This document shows, piece by piece, positions 52,900-64,000 of a stretch of DNA of 64,000 nucleotides; position 1 is the first letter of the stretch, and every line of letters begins with the position of its first letter. Under the pieces are notes generated by a model. It did not search any database, was not told where the DNA came from, and was given only the letters and a program-made list of their open reading frames with translations. Both the position numbers and the translations under genes were made by a program. The DNA comes from Octopus bimaculoides (Eukaryota). The DNA is taken from positions 52,187,762-52,251,761 of the forward strand of contig NC_068993.1 in assembly GCF_001194135.2 (NCBI RefSeq), given 5' to 3'.

Positions 52900-53217
52900 C
52901 TTCTTTTCGCCCTTTTAAAGCTTAGCCAGGCTCATGGGCCCGGTTTCCCGGTTTCTATGGCGTATGTGTTCCCCCCCCCCTCCAGCTGGACGGGACACCA
53001 GTCCATCTCAGCATTACTCAAGTAACAGGAAGAAAGAGTGAGAGAAAGTTGGGGCGAAAGAGTACAACAGAGATCGCCACCACCCCCTGCCAGAGCCTCG
53101 TAGAGCTTTAGGTGTTTTTGCTCAATAAACACACACAACGCCCGGTCTGGGAATCGAAACCGCGATCCTCCGACTGCTAGTCCGCTGCCCTAACCACTGG
53201 GCCATTGCGCCTCCACC
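52900..53217 (-). mobile_element. Young tRNA-derived SINE with V-domain-like core
   Basis: Intact head GGAGGCGCAATGGCCCAGTGGTTAGGGC..GGTTTCGATTCCC; core GATGGACTGGTGTCCCGTCCAG; high CpG retention. Confidence 0.8.
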
Positions 53218-54725
53218 CTCAAACATACTTACTGTCTAAAAAAAGGAAGGGTATATTTGATAATATACTCTAGAAAAAAATTGGGATGGTTACAGCTAGA
53301 ATGACTTAAATTAGACTTTAAGGGTATCTTTTTTTATCTTTTATTTTTTACTTGTTTCAGTCATTAGACTGTGGCCATGCTGGAGCACCACCTTGAATTT
53401 TTAGTCGAATGATTTGAATCCAATAATTGGTTTTCTGAGCCTGGTACTTTTTCTATTGGTCTCTTTTGTTGAACCACTAAGTTATGGGGATGCAAACACA
53501 CCAACACCAGTTGTCAAGGGGTGGTGGTGTGGGGGACAAACAGAGACAGAAAGACACACAGACATAGACATACACACACACACACACATATACATACAAT
53601 GGCATTCTTTCAGTTTCTGTCTCCCAAATCCACTAACAAAGCTTTGGTTGGCCCAAGGCTAGTAGAAGCCACTTGCTCAAGGTACCACTCAATGGAACTG
53701 AACCCAGAACTATGTGGTTGAGAAGCAAGCTTCTTACCACACAGTCACACCTGTGCCTACAGATCTATCTTTTCATCTATATTATTATTGTTATTATTTT
53801 CCTTATATTTGTTTTATTGTTAAAATTTTTGTAATTGGCAATAGCAATATCTAATATGTAGAGTGCCTTATATCAAATGAATAATTGATGAACAGTTTAG
53901 CAACTTACAGATCAGAATCTGGATTTTCCTATATTGAACATAGTTTAATTTCACCACCATGGCTTTTTGTACTTTTAGCAATTTTTTAAATTCTTTTATT
54001 TGTTTCAGTCATTTGACTGTGGCCATGCTGGAGCACTGCCTTTAGTCGAACAAATTGACCCCAAGACTTATTCTTTGTAAGCCTAGTAGTTGTTTTATTG
54101 ACCCCTAAGGATGATAGGCAAAGTCCAAACTCACAAGGTTTTGGTTGTCCCAAGGTTATAGTAGAAATCACTTGCCCAAGATACCAAGCAGTGGGACTGA
54201 ACCTGGAACCATGTGGTTGGGAAGCAAACTTCTTACCTCACAGATACACATGCACCAATATTAGATAATGTATTTGATATAGTCTAAAATGAGACAAAAT
54301 GGTCCTGGTTGGAATGTCTTTGATCATAGATCTGCTCAATTTGGACTGACCTGGGGCTAGACAAATACATTATTACCACAAATATTCTTATCATCACTAT
54401 TATTACGACTGTGTCTATCATTATTACTACCAATATCATTATTATTACAACCATTTTCATTATCATTCACAGCATCATAATCACAACCACATCTACCATC
54501 ATAATCTATGCCACCATTATAATCTTCACCACCACCACCACCACCACCACCACTACTACTATCACCAACACCCTTACCATCACCACCACCACCATGTTCG
54601 CAGTAAATATATTAACTGCTAAATATATTGCTATTTTCTAAATTGATGTATTCCAGGCATTTTTCAATGATTTGATGGAAATTACATGTTTATTGTATGT
54701 CAAATGGTGGGTGGAAGATAATTGT

Positions 54726-54756
<31 letters not shown>

Positions 54757-55789
54757 CAGTGATGAAGATGAGCAGGATAACAAAAGAAGATGAAAAGAAA
54801 GACAAGATATATATATATATGTGTGTGTGTGTGTGTACACACACATACACACACACACACACATATATACTAGAATGTGATGGAGCTCATGGTAGCAGAT
54901 GTGATTGCAGTGTGCAGTAATGATATTAGAATGCTGGAGTAGATAGTAAAAGTTTATGTTAGTGTATAGCAGGCATCAATGTGTGGTCCCACTGCTTGGT
55001 ATTTTGAACAAATGTCTTTGTCTGCTATTACAGCCTTTGTTTGACCAATATTTTGAGAGTGGAATTTGATAGATGGAACTCTTTCTTTAGTCCTTCCATG
55101 GACAACCTCTCTTGTGCTGGTGACATAGTAAAACGCATTCAGACTAATCCATGCTGTATGGTGGTTGATGATAAGAACTGCACTCATCTGCAAAGATTAT
55201 GAAAAATAATAGCATTGAACAGAAGCAATGCATGGTAAAGGGAAATGTTTAGTATTATCAGAAATAAGCTCTGTAATGCCAGTGGTACAACAAAAACTAC
55301 CCAGTTCATATTGTACACTGGTTGGGGCTAAGAAGGGTTTCAAGCTGTAAAAAAGAAAATCTATGCTGCACAACAAAAAGCAGGAACAAATTGAAATGTT
55401 GAGGAAACTCTTATACATTTTCAACATATTCAAAGGCAAGGCCCCTTGTGCAGGTCACTTGATAAAATGTGTCCATTCCTGCTTTAAAGTGGTTAATGAT
55501 AGAAAAAGTATTCAGTTGTAAAAATCATCATCATCGGCATCATCATTTAACGTCTGTTTTCCATGCTGGCATGGGTTGGATGGCTTGACAGGAGCTGACA
55601 AAGCCAGGGGCCATTCCAGATTCCTTAGTCTGTTTCTGAGTTGGTTTCTTCAACTGGATGCCCTTCCTAATGCCAACCACTTTACAGAGTGTACTGGGTG
55701 CTTTTTATGTGGCACCATCATCAGAGCTTTTTACATGGCACCTTGGTTTTAGGGTATCAGTTCTATTGTAGAGGATGGGTAAAACAGGA

Positions 55790-55955
55790 GCCTAGGACAG
55801 TTACCCCCTTACACAATAACAACCCCACCAAGGACAATTACCCCTGTGGACAACAGGTGATGATTTAAAACTTCTTAATATATTGGAGAGGGGGTAATTA
55901 ACCAAGAAGGGTAATTGTCCTAGGGGGTAGTTGCCATCGGGGGGAGTTGTCCTAA
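55790..55955. mobile_element. Foldback/MITE with multiple subterminal GGACAATTACCCC motifs
   Basis: About 3 motif copies on the left and about 4 reverse-complement copies on the right. Confidence 0.65.
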
Positions 55956-56516
55956 GTGAGGTGGGGTATTAATTGTACTGATGCCAAAAATAGACATTCC
56001 AAAACACTGAAAGAAAGAAATGAGATATACAAGGAAGATATACTTTGTCGCTGTGCATTAACAGATGACAATAAAGTATTCAAATGAGTAGGAAGTTGTT
56101 TTGAGACTCATTCAACCCATGCCAACATGGTGAAGCAGATGTAAATTGATGATGATGATGATGACGGTGACAGCAGTGGCAGCGACGACGACATGTGCAT
56201 CTTACATCAGTGTCATCATCGTCATCATCATCATCATCATCATCAACATCATTCTAATGTATACTTTTCCATACTTGCATGGGTTGGATAGAATTTGTTG
56301 ATGCAAATGCTCTATGGCTGGATGACCTTCCTGATACAAACCCTCACTTGTTTCCAAGCAAGGTAAATATTTCTCCTTGATCAGGCATGTTTTTTTTTTT
56401 TTGCATAAGATTGGAAACAAACAACATTGCTTGTATGATAGTCATACTCATTTACAACCATCATGCAATGACAAGACAAGAGAAAAACACACACACACAC
56501 TACAAACACACAAACA

Positions 56517-56554
<38 letters not shown>

Positions 56555-56969
56555 ACACACATGTACATATATATCCCCTGTGAGTAAATTTCGTAGACAG
56601 AAACTGTGTGGAAGCCTATTGTGTGTGTGTGTTTGTGTTTGTATTTGCTTTTCTCCACCACTTGATGATCAGAATTGGTTTCTTTACCCTCCCATAAACT
56701 TAGAGGTTCTTGCTCCTAAGTTGCACAGACTCACATACAATCCCTTGCCACTACCATTCTTGTAAATAACAGTAAATACTGTGATTTGCTCTTTAGAAAC
56801 CTTGAACCAATGAATGCTATTGTTCACAAAAATGCAATCTAAATATGAAATAAGACCTTGGACATAGACAGACACTACTTGTCCATTGTATGGTTTCGTT
56901 GGAAATTGGAGCTGGAGTATGAGATAAAGGGCATTGGTTGTGTGCAACATGGTGGAACATTTGTAGGTC

Positions 56970-57310
56970 ACATGGAGTAGAGTTACCATGATGTAGTGGC
57001 ACCATGTAGTCATTACATAGAGGTAATGATCTCTCTCTTCTCTTTTTATATGGAGTAGAGATACCATGCAGTAGTGCCTTGGAGTTGAGATAATATATTG
57101 GGGTTACATGGAGGCAGTGATACATGTATTTATATGGAGTAGAGATACCATGTAGTGATTACATGGAGGTAGTGATAGTATGATTTGTTTACATGTTATT
57201 GTAATACAGTGCAGTAATAGTTATAAGGTGCAGGGGTTCCATGTTGCAGTCACATGAAATTGTAATATCCTATAGCAGTTACATGGAATACTGATATTAT
57301 CAAATGATTA
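56970..57310. repeat. Diverged minisatellite (catggagtagagataccatg core)
   Basis: Core seen at about 56970, 57050 and 57133, with degenerate copies beyond. Confidence 0.7.
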
Positions 57311-57562
57311 CATGAAGTAGTGTTACTTTTTTGTCTGCCACTACATTCTAAGTTCAAATCCTGCTGAGGTCGACTTTGCCTTTCACCCTGGGGGGGGGGG
57401 GGCGATTAAATAAATACCAGTTATGCACTAGGGTCAATGTAATCGACTTATCCCCTCCCCTAAAATGGCTGCCCTTGTGGCAAAATTTGAAACCATTATT
57501 ATTAATATTATCGTTATTCTTGTTATTATCATTATCATCATCATCATTATTATTATTATTAA

Positions 57563-57606
<44 letters not shown>

Positions 57607-57843
57607 TAAGTATCAAGCAATTTAATAAAGTAATAAATAATGCTTAGTATCTCTTAATGAATGCGATTAACTTTCTACCATAGCATGCTGTTGAATTGAC
57701 CCATCCACTCATTTCTTGGCTACATTGATATAGCCTTGTTACAAACATATTAATTGCTTATTGAATGTGCATTGTGATTGATGAACTTCATTTAAACCTT
57801 TATTGCTCTAGTGATGAAGCTATCATCATCGTCATCGTCATAG

Positions 57844-57877
<34 letters not shown>

Positions 57878-58592
57878 TGCATGCAAGTTGGTGGATTGGT
57901 TAGTTTTAATTGGGTTATTTACGATGAAGGAGAAATCATCTTTCATCTCCTATAGTTTGCCTCTTCTTTCATTTAGACATAACGACTTACAAATAACCTA
58001 TCTCCCTTTTGGCTATTCAGATGGCTCACTTTTACTTCATTACCCTATGCATGAAAGCAAGAATAGTTTGTTGCGTTTGGACTAACAATCTGTCAGAAAG
58101 AGAATTAGACTCAAAAAGTAATTTATCATATTTGATAGTTTTCTAATATAATTTGAATATTTAATATTTAATAAGTATCTCTTTCTCTTGTTCTGTCTCT
58201 GTAGAATTTATCTGGCTGTCACTAAGTTGTTAGCCTCCATTCGATACTCATATTTATTGCTTTAAACTTACAAAGTAATAAAGCCATTCAACCTAGTTTA
58301 TGTGAGAACAAATACTATTGAACGGTGGTAGACTTAATCTCTTTTCTGTTAAGCTGTTTTAACAGCACCCCCAAGTTCTTGGGCCCCTTTAGCAGGGCCT
58401 ACCATGTTGCAGGCATTCAAGCTAGCTTCTCAGTACAAGGATAACTTCCTCTCTAACTTTCACCAGTTTTTAATTAATTTTTTTTTATACAATTTTATTC
58501 CAGATAAGGTTTGAGGCCACTGTAGCATAAGGGACTACAAAGAAGGAAAAGAAAGGGCCTACTAATTTAAAAGATATTAATTAACAGAAAGC

Positions 58593-58822
58593 TTGACCCT
58601 TTTAGCATTCAGATTACTCTGTCAAATATAATTCCTATCTTTTTACATTGTTTTGAATTAATCATACATTGTCTCATAGCTTTGAGATTTCAATGATGTG
58701 ATTGTTTATTTTTAGAATGACATTGAAGAGTAGGTGTGAGAGGCCACATACGGCCGGTTTGAACATAAAACAGATGGAAATTTTGGGGCCAGATATGACC
58801 GGTTTAATTGCTAAAGGTTTAA
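58593..58822. mobile_element. piggyBac-type MITE (TTAA-CCC ends; other copies about 20495-20720 and 40873-41070)
   Basis: Termini ttgacccttttagcatt ... aattgctaaaggtttaa. The copy at 20720 ends aatgctaaagggTTAA. Confidence 0.6.
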
Positions 58823-60600
58823 AAGGGCTGAATATCATTGACCAGAGCAAAACAAAATGATGGGAATGAGTTCTGGAGAGCAGCAGTTCAAGGAAAGAAA
58901 CTATGAGAATAAATGAGCTTATTGCTGAGAAGAAACTACAGAAATGATGCACTTGAGAAGAGAAATGGGTGACACCTTTAAAGGTTACACATTTTGGAAG
59001 TTCTGAAATGGCTTATAGGCATTCCTCTTTTTTCTCTGACTAAACCATAAAAAAAGTCAACAAAAATAATATGGTCATGTGGTTAAGAAGCTTGCTTTGC
59101 AACCATGTGGTTAAAGGTTCATTTCCACTGCACATCACCTTGGGTATATATCATCTACAATAACCCTGTGTCAACCGATCTCGTATGGAATTTCCTCACC
59201 TGCATAGGATGCTAGTTTGTGTTCTGAGTTCACATTTCACCATGGCCTATGTGGGCAGTAGGCTTGAACTCCATTTAACACCACCACCACCACTGGCCAC
59301 CATAGGAGACCCCCAAGTGTTTTAGCTTGTGGATAAATTCCACCCACTGGTCTTGGAATTCCTGTAAAATGTCATGGGCACTACCTTTCCTGTGTGCTAC
59401 AAAGTAAAAACAAATTCTTAGAACTGAGAAAGGATCTCCCTAGTATTATTACTCCATTAATTTATTCTAAAGTTTAGATTAGAACTATTAAAAGAAAAAA
59501 AAATATGGCTGCAAAAACCTTTAAATAAAAAAGATTTTTGAGATTCTTTCTTTAAGCTGCTAACCTAAGTTTACCATTTTATTTATTTATTTATTTATTT
59601 TTAATATTTGTTTTTAATGGCATATATTGAGTAGATTAGTGTCTATGGACATTTGTGTGCAACCTTTATAGCTGATGTCTACTTAATGTTAGCTAATCTA
59701 TTATCTATTATGACATGAGAAAGGTATACATGCCTTATAGTCATGGGAACTATTAGTTCCAGTTCTGACTGTGCAGACAAAAAAGAAAAACATGAGAAAA
59801 AAATGATAACACTGCTGCAGTTGTTTTATCAAATTTCTTATCTTAGTTGGTCTATAAAGACTATCTTAATTTGCAACACTTCTTCTCTAACCTTTGTTTT
59901 TCTACACATCTTCCAACTACAGAATTGCCAAAATAATTTTCAGTTTTCAAATGAATACCTTCCATTATCTACCACCAAATTTCACTCTGCCCCCACACCC
60001 ACTCTATTTTTTTCCCCATCATGCCCCTCTGGCTGTCTTTCAAATCAATCTTCTGTAGCCTGTGGTACTTTCTGAATGACACACCAATGAAAAATTACCT
60101 TAAATTTTTTTTTAGTAGTGCTGCCCTCTTGGTGATCAGCTTTATTTTATGTGGCTCGTTTCTTGATAATGGCTGTCTGCGCCTGCTCTACCCCCATCAT
60201 GCTGTTCATGTTTTTTATCTTTTCCTTTTCTTTACCAATATCCAATTCTAGCTCTCCATTGGTTACAACAATGGGTGTTCCATTTAATCCAATCGATGGA
60301 ACAGCTGCTCAGGAAATTAATGTGGAAATGGCTGAGTACTCCACAGACACATGTACATTTAATGTAGTTCTCAGGCGGATTCAGCTTGACACAGAGTGTG
60401 ACAATGCTGGTTCTTTAAATTACAGGTACAGCTTATTTTTGCCAGTTGAGTGGACCAGAGTAATGAGAAATAAAGTGTCTTACTCAAGGATATCACACCA
60501 CTGGGAAGTGAACTTGCAGCCTTATGATCAGGAGTTGAATACCTTGACCATTAAGCCACACATCTTCCAATATCCATCACTGTAATATTAGTATTTGGTA

Positions 60601-61130
60601 TAAGGCGGTGAGCTGGCAGAATTGTTAGCACAGTGGGTGAAATGCTTAGCAGTAGTTCATCTGTCTTCACATTCTGGGTTCAAATTCTACTACCGAGGTT
60701 GACTTTGCCTTTGATCCTTTCAGGGTCGATAAATTAAGTACCAGTGAAACACTGGGGTCGATGTAATTGACTAATCAGCCTCCCCCAAAATTTCAGGTCC
60801 TGTGCCTATAGTAGAAAGGATTATCAATAATTATGCTGTCACCATCATGACTAACCATCATCACCACTACCACCAGCTTCCCTATCAAATTCACTGTAAT
60901 ATTAGTATTTGTTAAGGCGGTGAGCTGGCAGACATGTTAGCACGCCGGGCGAAATGCTTAGCGGTAATTTGTCTGTCTTTACGTTCTGAGTTCAAATTCC
61001 GCCGAGCTCAACTCTGCCATTTATCCATTCTGGGTTCAATAAATTAAGTACCAGTTGTATACTGGAGTTGATCTAATCAACTGCCCAACTCCCCCAAAAA
61101 ATTTCGGGCCTTGTGCCTACAGTAGAAAGG
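60601..61130 (+). mobile_element. Two tandem OR-type SINEs
   Basis: Copies at about 60601-60820 and 60915-61130; the second has a 17-bp TSD aatattagtatttgtta (60898-60914, 61131-61147). Confidence 0.85.
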
Positions 61131-61469
61131 AATATTAGTATTTGTTACTTATTTCTTAACTTTCAACTTTCCTCTGCTCAGTCATCTTTCTCAGTTGGCA
61201 GCCATTTGTAAATTTCTCATAAACACTTTTTATAGTTGTTTTCTACTTAGCTTTTCATCTACATTTAAATTGGTATTTTGATTGTAATGTAGCATGTAGA
61301 AATGATAATGCTAGCTTTGTTTTCAATTCAGTTATGTATCAAGCAAGACATTGTAACGTTACTGATTCAAATTCACTGTGGGAATTTTAGTCAGAAACGT
61401 ATAATACTAATTTTGCCATCAGCTAATCAATTAAATATTTACTTCATGAAATACTTGTGTGTGTGAGTG

Positions 61470-61538
<69 letters not shown>

Positions 61539-62336
61539 GTGTGTGTGTGCATACATATACATAGATAGACTAATAGACAGATTACTTTATATCACTGAAA
61601 CATTTTGTAAAATCACTTACTTCTTGTTCATTCATACGTATGGATATTCCCCCAGACATCACAATTTTATGGTGTTATAACATGAATGTGAACTGGATTT
61701 AAATAAGTTGCACAACATCAGTCTAACTTTCACATTCAGGCCTCCCAGATGAGACAGGAGGCTGTTAGATCCAAAGGTGAGACAAGTGAAGCTAGGTGTG
61801 GATACAGCATATGACAAGTATTTCTATACATTTTATCTTCTACTCGTTTCAGTTATTAGACTGTGGCCATGCTACGGCACTGCCTAGGAGAATTTTTAGT
61901 CAAATGAATCGACCCCAGTACTTTATTTTTAAGTCTGGTACTTGTTCTTTTGGTCTGTTTTACAGAATCACTAAGTTACAGGGATGTAAACACACCTACA
62001 CTGGTTGTCAAGTGGTAGTTCTGAACAAACGCACACACATACATGCACACACACACAAGCACACACACAAACACATACATTCACATGCGTATGCACACAT
62101 ACACACACATATGATGGGCTTCTTTCAGTTTCTGTTTTCCAAGTCCACTCACAAATCTTTAGTTGGCCCAAAGCTCTACTAGAAACACTTACCCATGGTG
62201 CCATACTGTGGGACTAAGCCCAGAACCATGTGGTTGGGAAGCAAGAATCTTACCACACATCCGGCACCTATAGTGTATCCCTATGCTCTTATATGGAAAC
62301 TGTGTACACTATTATACATTATAGATGCTATAGACC

Positions 62337-62812
62337 AGTGGTTCTTAACCTGGGTTCGATCAAACTCCAGGGGTTCATTGAGTCAGTCTCAGGGGTTTAG
62401 CAAGGATCAAGACACACGCATATTATAGCCCGGTTCACACAAGCAATGTCAGGCCATTTTTGTTAGCGATCAAAAAATCAGCTGCTGACAATTTGGCAAC
62501 ATGCTATTTTTCTTAGTGTACAAGGCCAACATTTTTGATGCTCTAAATCATCTCAGTCAACAGATGCAGGGTGATAGAGTCAACATCATCAAAGCAGAAG
62601 TAAACCTGAATGTGTTTTAAAAAAAGCTACCTTTATGGAAATGACAAACAGAAAATGATAACTTTGCAAACTTTCCCCAGCTGGACGACTGTGTAAGTAA
62701 GATTGAAGACATGTCTGGAATTGAAGACATTTCTGTACCTGGGGAGCTGAAGCAAGCAATTGCCATGCACTTAGATGAGCTCACAAAGTCTCTCGGCAGA
62801 TACTTTCCCACC
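62337..62812 (+). mobile_element. hAT (Charlie/Buster-type) left end plus transposase fragment, internally deleted
   Basis: TIR-like CAGTGGTTCTTAACC. Translation IFDALNHLSQQMQGDRVNIIKAE..KKLPLWK..NDNFANFPQLDD..IAMHLDELTKSLGRYFP matches the Buster-family LN.L...LQG..F..FP.L....HL..L...F..YFP region. Confidence 0.8.
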
Positions 62813-62892
62813 ACTAAGTTATGTAAACACACCAGCATCGGTTGTCAAATGATGTTGGGGGGACAAACACAGACACACAAACATATACACAC

Positions 62893-62942
<50 letters not shown>

Positions 62943-64000
62943 CAGGCTTCTTTCAGTTTCCGTCTACCAAATCCACTCACAAGATTATATAAAGTGGTTG
63001 GCAGTAGGAGGGTGACAACATAGTGTAGAGGTGTTAGTGTTCTTTTAGTGTTGTTAAAGGTATGAGAACCTCTCAAGCACTTGTACCATGATGCTATAAA
63101 ATGGTTGGAGATAGGAAGAACATCCAGCCAAAGAAATCATCCCAAAATTGAATGTACAAACAGCACATTGTCTTCTAACCCATTTAAAAGGGCAGTAGTT
63201 TTGAATAAAGATAGATTCAGAGTGTGATTACTAGTCTAACTCATGCCAACACAGGAAGTGGATGTAAAATATTGATGTTGAATGATGTTACATGATTATT
63301 CTGGTGCCAGGTTATATGTTATAAAATGCGTTTAGTATTTACCTTCTAGTAAGTTGAATAGCATTTCTTGTTTGAGTATACAAAACTGCGATTTTGGGAT
63401 AATTTGAATCTGTTATCTGAGAAACAAAATCTGATATTTTGTTTTTATAATGTTTTAGTAGTTTATGATAATATTCTTGTGTAGTTCAGTTCAAACGTTG
63501 CTTTGAACAAAGCAAATTACAACATTAAGTTTATTTATAAATTGCAGACAAAATTAATTTTCAAGATAGAAAATTTTGTTCATAGTTTGGTAAAAAAAAA
63601 AAAAAAAAAAAAAATAGAAATGGAAAAAAAAAGATATTTGCTAAAAAAAATAAATATCTAATTGAGGTGGGAGATCAATGAATATATAACAAATTGATTT
63701 TTCTTTATTCTAATGTATTTTTGTCCATACATGAAAGATAGCTGGAGTAGGTGAATTACTTGCATAACAATGAAATCTTTAGAAAAACTGAAAAATATCT
63801 ATTAAAACAATGAAAGAAAAGTTTATATTAATTAGTGTCGTTAATGTCGTTAAATTTTCTATAGAGAAATTCATGAATAATAAATTTTTTTTTTAAATAG
63901 TGCGGTAGCCCAACGGTTAACATGATGCTGTTGCAGCTACATACAGTCATCCAAGATTGCTTCCAAAAGGCACTATTTCTGGGATATGAAATACTTTGGC

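Noticed and set aside
53140-53217. tRNA gene
   Set aside because: A and B boxes are present but there is no complete cloverleaf, and it continues into a SINE body.
58205-58270. Strong acceptor at 58203-58204
   Set aside because: All three frames stop before any good donor; not supportable as a coding exon.
3530-63076. Most ORFs in the supplied track (poly-IY, HT, SL, V, Y, X runs)
   Set aside because: They are translations of microsatellites or read through N gaps; no coding signal.
63901-63920. A-box-like GGTAGCCCAACGG
   Set aside because: No B box or tRNA fold follows.

Overview
AT-rich eukaryotic, mostly intronic DNA, saturated with microsatellites and short interspersed repeats. The SINE families match those known from octopus, so the source is very probably Octopus (inferred from repeat content). 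Eight N-gaps (about 2.1 kb) mostly abut microsatellites. Nearly all ORFs in the supplied track are translations of simple repeats. The best-supported gene signal is two + strand coding exons (4346-4435 and 47738-47811, about 43 kb apart). Spliced, they read ELHESLRAVSNISELKTALGSLLSDLLYAT-SKICIYFEDSLTEEKSDILKENLVR, which fits the start of a GAF-like domain and resembles the N-terminal region of cGMP-stimulated phosphodiesterase PDE2A. That comparison is from memory, not a database search. The rest is transposon debris: a solo LTR nested in a SINE, R4/Dong-, RTE- and CR1-group LINE relics, a hAT transposase fragment and several MITEs. The most notable non-gene signals are a 560-bp minisatellite carrying about 15 STAT/GAS-type palindromes, a 123-bp TIR element with a perfect 8-bp TSD that carries telomeric TTAGGG repeats, two long hairpins, and a splice route to a truncated isoform ending in a PDZ-type motif. 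I found no convincing wholly new biological system. The findings are leads that need RNA-seq or homology searches.
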